A stretch of DNA of 64,000 bases from Eledone cirrhosa (Eukaryota): the NCBI GenBank assembly GCA_964016885.1, contig CAXHJY010000901.1, positions 1 to 64,000 on the forward strand, written 5' to 3'. A program made the translations under genes and the position numbers. Each line of letters begins with the position of its first letter. Within the stretch, counting starts at the first letter, position 1. Shown here in pieces: positions 49,851 through 62,800 of the stretch. A model generated the notes under the pieces. That model ran no database searches, was not told where the DNA came from, and saw nothing but the letters and a program-made list of their open reading frames with translations.

Positions 49851-50819
49851 AAGCTATTCTAAGCTATCCTAAGCTAAGCTATCCTAAGCTATCCTAAGCT
49901 AAGCTATCCTAAGCTAAGCTATCCTAAGCTATCCTAAGCTAAGCTATCCTAAGCTAAGCTAAGCTAAGCTAACCTAAGCTAAGCTATCCTAAGCTAAGCT
50001 AAGCTAAGCTATCCTAAGCTAAGCTAAGCTAAGCTATCCTAAGCTATCCTAAGCTAAGCTATCCTAAGCTAAGCTATCCTAAGCTAAGCTATCCTAAGCT
50101 ATCCTAAGCTAAGCTATCCTAAGCTAAGCTAAGCTAAGCTATCCTAAGCTAAGCTATCCTAAGCTATCCTAAGCTAAGCTAAGCTAAGCTAAGCTAACCT
50201 AAGCTAAGCTATCCTAAGCTAAGCTATCCTAAGCTAAGCTATCCTAAGCTATCCTAAGCTAAGCTATCCTAAGCTATCCTAAGCTAACCTAAGCTAAGCT
50301 ATCCTAAGCTAAGCTAAGCTAAGCTATCCTAAGCTAAGCTAAGCTAAGCTATCCTAAGCTAAGCTAAGCTAAACTATCCTAAGCTAAGCTAAGCTAAGCT
50401 ATCCTAAGCTATCCTAAGCTAAGCTATCCTAAGCTAAGCTAAGCTAAGCTATCCTAAGCTAAGCTAAGCTAAGCTATCCTAAGCTAAGCTAAGCTAAGAT
50501 ATCCTAAGCTAAGCTATCCTAAGCTATCCTAAGCTAAGCTAAGCTAAGCTAACCTAAGCTAAGCTATCCTAAGCTAAGCTATCCTAAGCTAAGCTATCCT
50601 AAGCTAAGCTAAGCTAAGCTTTCCTAAGCTAAGCTAAGCTGAGCTATCCTAAGCTAAGCTAAGCTATCCTAAGCTAAGCTAAGCTAAGCTATCCTAAGCT
50701 AAGCTAAGCTAAGCTATCCTAAGCTAAGCTAAGCTAAGCTATCCTAAGCTAAGCTAAGCTATCCTAAGCTAAGCTAAGCTAAGCTATCCTAAGCTAAGCT
50801 AAGCTAAGCTATCCTAAGC

Positions 50820-53800
50820 TATCCTAAGCTAAGCTATCCTAAGCTAAGCTAAGCTAAGCTAAGCTAACCTAAGCTAAGCTATCCTAAGCTAAGCTAAGCT
50901 AAGCTATCCTAAGCTAAGCTAAGCTAAGCTATCCTAAGCTATCCTAAGCTAAGCTATCCTAAGCTAAGCTATCCTAAGCTAAGCTATCCTAAGCTATCCT
51001 AAGCTAAGCTATCCTAAGCTAAGCTCTCCTAAGGTAAGCTATCCTAAGCTATCCTAAGCTAAGCTATCCTAAGCTATCCTAAGCTAAGCTAAGCTAAGCT
51101 CTCCTAAGCTAAGCTAAGCTAAGCTATCCTAAGCTAAGCTAAGCTAAGCTAAGCTATCCTAAGCTAAGCTAAGCTAAGCTACCTAAGCTAAGCTAAGCTA
51201 TCCTAAGCTAAGCTAAGCTAAGCTATCCTAAGCTAAGCTAAGCTAAGCTCTCCTAAGCTAAGCTAAGCTAAGCTATCCTAAGCTAAGCTAAGCTTTCCTA
51301 AGCTAAGCTAAGCTAAGCTATCCTAAGCTAAGCTAATCTATCCTAAGCTAAGCTAAGCTAAGCTATCCTAAGCTAAGCTAAGCTAAGCTATCCTAAGCTA
51401 AGCTAAGCTAAGCTATCCTAAGCTAAGCTAAGCTAAGCTATCCTAAGCTAAGCTAAGCTAAGCTATCCTAAGCTAAGCTAAGCTATCCTAAGCTAAGCTA
51501 AGCTAAGCTATCCTAAGCTAAGCTAAGCTATCCTAAGCTAAGCTAAGCTAAGCTATCCTAAGCTATCCTAAGCTATCCTAAGCTAAGCTAAGCTAAGCTA
51601 TCCTAAGCTAAGCTAAGCTAAGCTATCCTAAGCTAAGCTAAGCTAAGCTATCCTAAGCTAAGCTAAGCTATCCTAAGCTAAGCTAAGCTAAGCTATCCTA
51701 AGCTAAGCTAAGCTAAGCAATCCTAAGCTATCCTAAGCTAAGCTATCCTAAGCTAAGCTAAGCTAAGCTATCCTAAGCTAAGCTAAGCTAAGCTATCCTA
51801 AGCTAAGCTAAGCTAAGTTATCCTAAGCTAAGCTATCCTAAGCTATCCTAAGCTAAGCTAAGCTAAGCTAACCTAAGCTAAGCTATCCTAAGCTAAGCTA
51901 TCCTAAGCTAAGCTATCCTAAGCTAAGCTAAGCTAAGCTATCCTAAGCTAAGCTAAGCTAAGCTATCCTAAGCTAAGCTAAGCTATCCTAAGCTAAGCTA
52001 AGCTAAGCTATCCTAAGCTAAGCTAAGCTAAGCTATCCTAAGCTAAGCTAAGCTATCCTAAGCTAAGCTAAGCTAAGCTATCCTAAGCTAAGCTAAGCTA
52101 ATCTATCCTAAGCTATCCTAAGCTAAGCTATCCTAACCTAAGATATCCTAAGCTATCCTAAGCTAAGCTATCCTAAGCTAAGCTAAGCTAAGCTATCCTA
52201 AGCTAAGCTATCCTAAGCTAAGCTATCCTAAGCTATCCTAAGCTAAGCTATCCTAAGCTATCCTAAGCTAAGCTATCCTAAGCTATCCTAAGCTAAGCTA
52301 TCCTAAGCTATCCTAAGCTAAGCTAAGCTATCCTAAGCTAAGCTAAGCTAAGCTAAGCTATCCTAAGCTAAGCTAAGCTATCCTAAGCTAAGCTAAGCTA
52401 AGCTATCCTAAGCTATCCTAAGCTAAGCTATCCTAAGCTAAGCTATCCTAAGCTATCCTAAGCTAAGCTATCCTAAGCTATCCTAAGCTAAGCTATCCTA
52501 AGCTAAGCTATCCTAAGCTAAGCTATCCTAAGCTATCCTAAGCTAAGCTATCCTAAGCTATCCTAAGCTAAGCTAAGCTAAGCTATCCTAAGCTAAGCTA
52601 AGCTAAGCTATCCTAAGCTAAGCTAAGCTAAGCTTTCCTAAGCTATCCTAAGCTAAGCTATCCTAAGCTAAGCTATCCTAAGCTATCCTAAGCTAAGCTA
52701 TCCTAAGCTATCCTAAGCTAAGCTATCCTAAGCTATCCTAAGCTAAACTATCCTAACCTAAGCTATCCTAAGCTATCCTAAGCTAAGCTATCCTAAGCTA
52801 TCCTAAGCTAAGCTATCCTAAGCTATCCTAAGCTAAGCTATCCTAAGCTATCCTAAGCTAAGCTAAGCTAAGCTATCCTAAACTAAGCTAAGCTATCCTA
52901 AGCTAAGCTAAGCTAAGCTATCCTAAGCTATCCTAAGCTAAGCTATCCTAAGCTAAGCTAAGCTAAGCTATCCTAAGCCAAGCTAAGCTAAGCTATCCTA
53001 AGCCAAGCTAAGCTAAGCTATCCTAAGCTAAGCTAAGCTATCCTAAGCTAAGCTAAGCTAAGCTATCCTAAGCTAAGCTATGCTAAGCTATCCTAAGCTA
53101 AGCTAAGCTAAGCTATCCTAAGCTAAGCTAAGCTAAGCTATCCTAAGCTAAGCTAAGCTAAGCTATCCTAAGCTAAGCTAAGCTAAGCTATCCTAAGCTA
53201 AGCTAAGCTAAGCTATCCTAAGCTAAGCTATGCTAAGCTATCCTAAGCTAAGCTAAGCTAAGCTATCCTAAGCTAAGCTATCCTAAGCTAAGCTAAGCTA
53301 AGCTATCCTAAGCTAAGCTAAGCTAAGCTATCCTAAGCTAAGCTATCCTAAGCTAAGCTAAGCTAAGCTATCCTAAGCTAAGCCAAGCTAAGCTATCCTA
53401 AGCTAAGCTAAGCTAAGCTATCCTAAACTAAGCTAAGCTAAGCTATCCTAAGCTAAGCTAAGCTAAGCTATCCTAAGCTAAGCTAAGCTATCCTAAGCTA
53501 AGCTAAGCTAAGCTATCCTAAGCTAAGCTAAGCTAAGCTTTCCTAAGCTATCCTAAGCTAAGCTATCCTAAGCTAAGCTAAGCTAAGCTATCCTAAGCTA
53601 AGCTAAGCTATCCTAAGCTAAGCTAAGCTAAGCTATCCTAAGCTAAGCTATCCTAAGCTATCCTAAGCTAAGCTATCCTAAGCTATCCTAAGCTAAGCTA
53701 TCCTAAGCTAAGCTATCCTAAGCTAAGCTATCCTAAGCTAAGCTATTCTAAGCTAAGCTAAGCTAAGCTATCCTAAGCTAAGCTAAGCTAAGCTATCCTA

Positions 53801-56800
53801 AGCTAAGCTAAGCTAAGCTATCCTAAGCTAAGCTAAGCTAAGCAATCCTAAGCTAAGCTAAGCTAAGCTATCCTAAGCTAAGCTAAGCTAAGCTATCCTA
53901 AGCTAAGCTAAGCTATCCTAAGCTAAGCTAAGCTAAGCTATCCTAAGCTAAGCTAAGCTAAGCTATCCTAAGCTATCCTAAGCTAAGCTATCCTAAGCTA
54001 AGCTATCCTAAGCTATCCCAAGCTAAGCTATCCTAAGCTAAGCTAAGCTAAGCTATCCTAAGCTAAGCTATCCTAAGCTAAGCTATCCTAAGCTATCCTA
54101 AGCTAAGCTATCCTAATCTATCCTAAGCTAAGCTATCCTAAGCTATCCTAAGCTAAGCTATCCTAAGCTATCCTAAGCTAAGCTAAGCTAAGCTATCCTA
54201 AGCTATCCTAAGCTAAGCTATCCTAAGCTAAACTATCCTAAGCTATCCTAAGCTAAGCTATCCTAAGCTATCCTAAGCTAAGCTATCCTAAGCTATCCTA
54301 AGCTAAGCTAAGCTAAGCTATCCTAAGCTAAGCTAAGCTAAGCTATCCTAAGCTAAGCTAAGCTAAGCTATCCTAAGCTAAGTTAAGCTAAGCTATCCTA
54401 AGCTATCCTAAGCTAAGCTATCCTAAGCTAAGCTATCCTAAGCTATCCTAAGCTAAGCTATCCTAAGCTATCCTAAGCTAAGCTATCCTAAGCTAAGCTA
54501 TCCTAAGCTAAGCTATCCTAAGCTATCCTAAGCTAAGCTATCCTAAGCTATCCTAAGCTAAGCTATCCTAAGCTATCCTAAGCTAAGCTAAGCTAAGCTA
54601 TCCTAAGCTAAGCTAAGCTAAGCTATCCTAAGCTAAGCTAAGCTAAGCTATCCTAAGCTAAGCTAAGCTAAGCTATCCTAAGCTATCCTAAGCTAAGCTA
54701 TCCTAAGCTAAGCTATCCTAAGCTAAGCTATCCTAAGCTATCCTAAGCTAAGCTATCCTAAGCTAAGCTCTCCTAAGGTAAGCTATCCTAAGCTATCCTA
54801 AGCTAAGCTATCCTAAGCTATCCTAAGCTAAGCTAAGCTAAGCTATCCTAAGCTAAGCTAAGCTAAGCTATCCTAAGCTAAGCTAAGCTAAGCTATCCTA
54901 AGTTAAGCTAAGCTAAGCTATCCTAAGCTAAGTTAAGCTAAGCTATCCTAAGCTAAGCTAAGCTAAGCTATCCTAAGCTAAGCTAAGCTAAGCTCTCCTA
55001 AGCTAAGCTATCCTAAGCTATCCTAAGCTAAGCTAAGCTATCCTAAGCTAAGCTAAGCTAAGCTATCCTAAGCTAAGCTAAGCTATCCTAAGCTAAGCTA
55101 AGCGATCCTAAGCTAAGCTAAGCTAAGCTATCCTAAGCTAAGCTAAGCTAAGCTATCCTAAGCTAAGCTAAGCTAAGCTATCCTAAGCTAAGCTAAGCTA
55201 AGCTATCCTAAGCTAAGCTAAGCTAAGCTATCCTAAGCTAAGCTAAGCTAAGCTATCCTAAGCAAAGCTAAGCTAAGCTATCCTAAGCTAAGCTATCCTA
55301 AGCTAAGCTATCCTAAGCTATCCTAAGCTAAGCTATCCTAAGCTAAGCTAAGCTAAGCTAACCTAAGCTAAGCTATCCTAAGCTAAGCTAAGCTAAGCTA
55401 TCCTAAGCTAAGCTAAGCTAAGCTATCCTAAGCTATCCTAAGCTAAGCTATCCTAAGCTAAGCTATCCTAAGCTAAGCTATCCTAAGCTATCCTAAGCTA
55501 AGCTATCCTAAGCTAAGCTCTCCTAAGGTAAGCTATCCTAAGCTATCCTAAGCTAAGCTATCCTAAGCTATCCTAAGCTAAGCTAAGCTAAGCTATCCTA
55601 AGCTAAGCTAAGCTAAGCTATCCTAAGCTAAGCTAAGCTAAGCTAAGCTATCCTAAGCTAAGCTAAGCTAAGCTACCTAAGCTAAGCTAAGCTATCCTAA
55701 GCTAAGCTAAGCTAAGCTATCCTAAGCTAAGCTAAGCTCTCCTAAGCTAAGCTAAGCTAAGCTATCCTAAGCTAAGCTAAGCTTTCCTAAGCTAAGCTAA
55801 GCTAAGCTATCCTAAGCTAAGCTAATCTATCCTAAGCTAAGCTAAGCTAAGCTATCCTAAGCTAAGCTAAGCTAAGCTATCCTAAGCTAAGCTAAGCTAA
55901 GCTATCCTAAGCAAAGCTAAGCTATCCTAAGCTAAGCTAAGCTAAGCTATCCTAAGCTAAGCTAAGCTATCCTAAGCTAAGCTAAGCTAAGCTATCCTAA
56001 GCTAAGCTAAGCTATCCTAAGCTAAGCTAAGCTAAGCTATCCTAAGCTAAGCTAAGCTAAGCTATCCTAAGCTAAGCTAAGCTAAGCTATCCTAAGCTAT
56101 CCTAAGCTATCCTAAGCTAACCTAAGCTAAGCTATCCTAAGCTAAGCTAAGCTAAGCTATCCTAAGCTAAGCTAAGCTAAGCTATCCTAAGCAAAGCTAA
56201 GCTATCCTAAGCTAAGCTAAGCTAAGCTATCCTAAGCTAAGCTAAGCTATCCTAAGCTAAGCTAAGCTAAGCTATCCTAAGCTAAGCTAAGCTATCCTAA
56301 GCTAAGCTAAGCTAAGCTATCCTAAGCTAAGCTAAGCTAAGCTATCCTAAGCTAAGCTAAGCTAAGCTATCCTAAGCCATCCTAAGCTATCCTAAGCTAA
56401 CCTAAGCTAAGCTATCCTAAGCTAAGCTAAGCTGAGCTATCCTAAGCTAAGCTAAGCTATCCTAAGCTAAGCTAAGCTAAGCTATCCTAAGCTAAGCTAA
56501 GCTAAGCTATCCTAAGCTAAGCTAAGCTAAGCTATCCTAAGCTAAGCTAAGCTATCCTAAGCTAAGCTAAGCTAAGCTATCCTAAGCTAAGCTAAGCTAT
56601 CCTAAGCTATCCTAAGCTAAGCTATCCTAAGCTAAGCTATCCTAAGCTATCCTAAGCTAAGCTATCCTAAGCTAAGCTAAGCTAAGCTATCCTAAGCTAA
56701 GCTATCCTAAGCTAAGCTATCCTAAGCTATCCTAAGCTAAGCTATCCTAAGCTATCCTAAGCTAAGCTATCCTAAGCTATCCTAAGCTAAGCTATCCTAA

Positions 56801-59800
56801 GCTATCCTAAGCTAAGCTAAGCTAAGCTATCCTAAGCTAAGCTAAGCTAAGCTAAGCTATCCTAAGCTAAGCTAAGCTAAGCTATCCTAAGCTAAGCTAA
56901 GCTAAGCTATCCTAAGCTATCCTAAGCTAAGCTATCCTAAGCTAAGCTATCCTAAGCTATCCTAAGCTAAGCTATCCTAAGCTATCCTAAGCTAAGCTCT
57001 CCTAAGCTAAGCTATCCAAAGCTAAGCTATCCTAAGCTATCCTAAGCTAAGCTATCCTAAGCTATCCTAAGCTAAGCTAAGCTAAGCTATCCTAAGCTAA
57101 GCTAAGCTAAGCTATCCTAAGCTAAGCTAAGCTAAGCTTTCCTAAGCTATCCTAAGCTAAGCTATTCTAAGCTAAGCTATCCTAAGCTATCCTAAGCTAA
57201 GCTATCCTAAGCTATCCTAAGCTAAGCTATCCTAAGCTAATCTATCCTAAGCTAAGCTATCCTAAGCTAACCTAAGCTAAGCTATCCTAAGCTATCCTAA
57301 GCTAAGCTATCCTAAGCTATCCTAGGCTAAGCTAAGCTAAGCTATCCTAAGCTAAGCTAAGCTAAGCTATCCTAAGCTAAGCTAAGCTAAGCTATCCTAA
57401 GCTAAGCTAAGCTAAGCTATCCTAAGCTATCCTAAGCTAAGCTATCCTAAGCTAAGCTATCCTAAGCTAAGCTATCCTAAGCTATCCTAAGCTAAGCTAT
57501 CCTAAGCTATCCTAAGCTAAGCTATCCTAAGCTAAGCTATCCTAAGCTAAGCTATCCTAAGCTATCCTAAGCTAAGCTATCCTAAGCTATCCTAAGCTAA
57601 GCTATCCTAAGCTATCCTAAGCTAAGCTAAGCTAAGCTATCCTAAGCTAAGCTAAGCTAAGCTATCCTAAGCTAAGCTAAGCTAAGCTATCCTAAGCTAA
57701 GCTAAGCTAAGCTATCCTAAGCGATCCTAAGCTAAGCTATCCTAAGCTAAGCTATCCTAAGCTATCCTAAGCTAAGCAATCCTAAGCTATCCTAAGCTAA
57801 GCTATCCTAAGCTAAGCTATCCTAAGCTATCCTAAGCTAAGCTATCCTAAGCTATCCTAAGCTAAGCTATCCTAAGCTATCCTAAGCTAAGCTAAGCTAA
57901 GCTAACCTAAGCTAAGCTATCCTAAGCTAAGCTAAGCTAAGCTATCCTAAGCTAAGCTAAGCTAAGCTATCCTAAGCTATCCTAAGCTAAGCTATCCTAA
58001 GCTAAGCTATCCTAAGCTAAGCTATCCTAAGCTATCCTAAGCTAAGCTATCCTAAGCTAAGCTCTCCTAAGGTAAGCTATCCTAAGCTATCCTAAGCTAA
58101 GCTATCCTAAGCTATCCTAAGCTAAGCTAAGCTAAGCTATCCTAAGCTAAGCTAAGCTAAGCTACCTAAGCTAAGCTAAGCTAAGCTATCCTAAGCTAAG
58201 CTAAGCTAAGCTATCCTAAGCTAAGCTAAGCTCTCCTAAGCTAAGCTAAGCTAAGCTATCCTAAGCTAAGCTAAGCTTTCCTAAGCTAAGCTAAGCTAAG
58301 CTATCCTAAGCTAAGCTAATCTATCCTAAGCTAAGCTAAGCTAAGCTATCCTAAGCTAAGCTAAGCTAAGCTATCCTAAGCTAAGCTAAGCTAAGCTATC
58401 CTAAGCTAAGCTAAGCTAAGCTATCCTAAGCTAAGCTAAGCTAAGCTATCCTAAGCTAAGCTAAGCTAAGCTATCCTAAGCTAAGCTAAGCTAAGCTATC
58501 CTAAGCTAAGCTATCCTAAGCTAAGCTAAGCTATCCTAAGCTAAGCTAAGCTAAGCTATCCTAAGCTAAGCTAAGCTAAGCTATCCTAAGCTAAGCTAAG
58601 CTATCCTAAGCTAAGCTAAGCTAAGCTATCCTAAGCTAAGCTAAGCTAAGCTATCCTAAGCTAAGCTAAGCTAAGCTATCCTAAGCTATCCTAAGCTATC
58701 CTAAGCTAAGCTATCCTAAGCTATCCTAAGCTAAGCTAAGCTAAGCTATCCTAAGCTAAGCTAAGCTAAGCTATCCTAAGCTAAGCTAAGCTAAGCTATC
58801 CTAAGCTAAGCTAAGCTAAGCTATCCTAAGCTATCCTAAGCTAAGCTATCCTAAGCTAAGCTATTCTAAGCTATCCTAAGCTAAGCTATCCTAAGCTATC
58901 CTAAGCTAAGCTATCCTAAGCTAAGCTATCCTAAGCTATCCTAAGCTAAGCTATCCTAAGCTAAGCTAAGCTAAGCTAACCTAAGCTAAGCTATCCTAAG
59001 CTAAGCTAAGCTAAGCTATCCTAAGCTAAGCTAAGCTAAGCTATCCTAAGCTATCCTAAGCTAAGCTATCCTAAGCTAAGCTATCCTAAGCTAAGCTATC
59101 CTAAGCTATCCTAAGCTAAGCTATCCTAAGCTAAGCTAAGCTAAGCTATCCTAAGCTAAGCTATCCTAAGCTATCCTAAGCTAAGCTAAGCTAAGCTAAC
59201 CTAAGCTAAGCTATCCTAAGCTAAGCTATCCTAAGCTAAGCTATCCTAAGCTATCCTAAGCTAAGCTATCCTAAGCTATCCTAAGCTAACCTAAGCTAAG
59301 CTATCCTAAGCTAAGCTAAGCTAAGCTATCCTAAGCTAAGCTAAGCTAAGCTATCCTAAGCTAAGCTAAGCTAAACTATCCTAAGCTAAGCTAAGCTAAG
59401 CTATCATAAGCTATCCTAAGCTAAGCTATCCTAAGCTAAGCTAAGCTAAGCTATCCTAAGCTAAGCTAAGCTAAGCTATCCTAAGCTAAGCTAAGCTAAG
59501 CTATCCTAAGCTAAGCTATCCTAAGCTATCCTAAGCTAAGCTAAGCTAAGCTAACCTAAGCTAAGCTATCCTAAGCTAAGCTATCCTAAGCTAAGCTATC
59601 CTAAGCTAAGCTAAGCTAAGCTTTCCTAAGCTAAGCTAAGCTGAGCTATCCTAAGCTAAGCTAAGCTATCCTAAGCTAAGCTAAGCTAAGCTATCCTAAG
59701 CTAAGCTAAGCTAAGCTATCCTAAGCTAAGCTAAGCTAAGCTATCCTAAGCTAAGCTAAGCTATCCTAAGCTAAGCTAAGCTAAGCTATCCTAAGCTAAG

Positions 59801-62800
59801 CTAAGCTAAGCTATCCTAAGCTATCCTAAGCTAAGCTATCCTAAGCTAAGCTATCCTAAGCTATCCTAAGCTAAGCTATCCTAAGCTAAGCTAAGCTAAG
59901 CTATCCTAAGCTAAGCTATCCTAAGCTAAGCTATCCTAAGCTATCCTAAGCTAAGCTATCCTAAGCTATCCTAAGCTAAGCTATCCTAAGCTATCCTAAG
60001 CTAAGCTATCCTAAGCTATCCTAAGCTAAGCTAAGCTAAGCTATCCTAAGCTAAGCTAAGCTAAGCTAAGCTATCCTAAGCTAAGCTAAGCTAAGCTAAG
60101 CTATCCTAAGCTAAGCTAAGCTAAGCTATCCTAAGCTATCCTAAGCTAAGCTATCCTAAGCTAAGCTATCCTAAGCTATCCTAAGCTAAGCTATCCTAAG
60201 CTATCCTAAGCTAAGCTCTCCTAAGCTAAGCTATCCAAAGCTAAGCTATCCTAAGCTATCCTAAGCTAAGCTATCCTAAGCTATCCTAAGCTAAGCTAAG
60301 CTAAGCTATCCTAAGCTAAGCTAAGCTAAGCTATCCTAAGCTAAGCTAAGCTAAGCTTTCCTAAGCTATCCTAAGCTAAGCTATTCTAAGCTAAGCTATC
60401 CTAAGCTATCCTAAGCTAAGCTATCCTAAGCTATCCTAAGCTAAGCTATCCTAAGCTATCCTAAGCTAAGCTATCCTAACCTAAGCTATCCTAAGCTATC
60501 CTAAGCTAAGCTATCCTAAGCTATCCTAAGCTAAGCTATCCTAAGCTATCCTAAGCTAAGCTAAGCTAAGCTATCCTAAACTAAGCTAAGCTATCCTAAG
60601 CTAAGCTAAGCTAAGCTATCCTAAGCTAAGCTAAGCTAAGCTAAGCTAAGCTATCCTAAGCTAAGCTAAGCTAAGCTAAGCTATCCTAAGCTAAGCTAAG
60701 CTAAGCTAAGCTATCCTAAGCTAAGCTAAGCTAAGCTAAGCTAAGCTAAGCTATCCTAAGCTAAGCTAAGCTAAGCTATCCTAAGCCAAGCTAAGCTAAG
60801 CTATCCTAAGCCAAGCTAAGCTAAGCTATCCTAAGCTAAGCTAAGCTAAGCTATCCTAAGCTAAGCTAAGCTAAGCTATCCTAAGCTAAGCTAAGCTAAG
60901 CTATCCTAAGCTAAGCTAAGCTAAGCTATCCTAAGCTAAGCTAAGCTAAGCTATACTAAGCTAAGCTAAGCTAAGCTATCCTAAGCTAAGCTAAGCTAAG
61001 CTATCCTAAGCTAAGCTAAGCTAAGCTATCCTAAGCTAAGCTAAGCTATCCTAAGCTAAGCTATCCTAAGCTAAGCTAAGCTAAGCTATCCTAAGCTAAG
61101 CTAAGCTAAGCTATCCTAAGCTAAGCTAAGCTATCCTAAGCTAAGCTAAGCTAAGCTATCCTAAGCTAAGCTAAGCTATCCTAAGCTAAGCTAAGCTAAG
61201 CTATCCTAAGCTAAGCTAAGCTAAGCTATCCTAAGCTAAGCTAAGCTAAACTATCCTAAGCTAAGCTAAGCTATCCTAAGCTAAGCTAAGCTAAGCTAAG
61301 CTAAGCTAAGCTAAGCTAAGCTTTCCTAAGCTATCCTAAGCTAAGCTATCCTAAGCTAAGCTAAGCTAAGCTATCCTAAGCTAAGCTAAGCTATCCTAAG
61401 CTAATCTAAGCTAAGCTATCCTAAGCTAAGCTATCCTAAGCTATCCTAAGCTAAGCTATCCTAAGCTATCCTAAGCTAAGCTATCCTAAGCTAAGCTATT
61501 CTAAGCTAAGCTAAGCTAAGCTATCCTAAGCTAAGCTAAGCTAAGCTATCCTAAGCTAAGCTAAGCTAAGCTATCCTAAGCTAAGCTAAGCTAAGCTATC
61601 CTAAGCTAAGCTAAGCTAAGCTATCCTAAGCTAAGCTAAGCTAAGCTATCCTAAGCTAAGTTAAGCTATCCTAAGCTAAGCTAAGCTAAGCTAAGCTATC
61701 CTAAGCTATCCTAAGCTATCCTAAGCTAAGCTATCCTAAGCTAAGCTATCCTAAGCTAAGCTATCCTAAGCTATCCTAAGCTAAGCTATCCTAAGCTATC
61801 CTAAGCTAACCTAAGCTAAGCTATCCTAAGCTAAGCTAAGCTAAGCTATCCTAAGCTAAGCTAAGCTAAGCTATCCTAAGCTAAGCTAAGCTAAACTATC
61901 CTAAGCTAAGCTAAGCTAAGCTATCCTAAGCTATCCTAAGCTAAGCTATCCTAAGCTAAGCTAAGCTAAGCTATCCTAAGCTAAGCTAAGCTAAGCTATC
62001 CTAAGCTAAGCTAAGCTAAGCTATCCTAAGCTAAGCTATCCTAAGCTATCCTAAGCTAAGCTAAGCTAAGCTAACCTAAGCTAAGCTATCCTAAGCTAAG
62101 CTATCCTAAGCTAAGCTATCCTAAGCTAAGCTAAGCTAAGCTTTCCTAAGCTAAGCTAAGCTGAGCTATCCTAAGCTAAGCTAAGCTATCCTAAGCTAAG
62201 CTAAGCTAAGCTATCCTAAGCTAAGCTAAGCTAAGCTATCCTAAGCTAAGCTAAGCTATCCTAAGCTAAGCTAAGCTAAGCTATCCTAAGCTAAGCTAAG
62301 CTAAGCTATCCTAAGCTATCCTAAGCTAAGCTATCCTAAGCTAAGCTATCCTAAGCTATCCTAAGCTAAGCTATCCTAAGCTAAGCTAAGCTAAGCTATC
62401 CTAAGCTAAGCTATCCTAAGCTAAGCTATCCTAAGCTATCCTAAGCTAAGCTATCCTAAGCTATCCTAAGCTAAGCTATCCTAAGCTATCCTAAGCTAAG
62501 CTATCCTAAGCTATCCTAAGCTAAGCTAAGCTATCCTAAGCTAAGCTAAGCTAAGCTAAGCTATCCTAAGCTAAGCTAAGCTAAGCTAAGCTATCCTAAG
62601 CTAAGCTAAGCTAAGCTATCCTAAGCTATCCTAAGCTAAGCTATCCTAAGCTAAGCTATCCTAAGCTATCCTAAGCTAAGCTATCCTAAGCTATCCTAAG
62701 CTAAGCTCTCCTAAGCTAAGCTATCCAAAGCTAAGCTATCCTAAGCTATCCTAAGCTAAGCTATCCTAAGCTATCCTAAGCTAAGCTAAGCTAAGCTATC

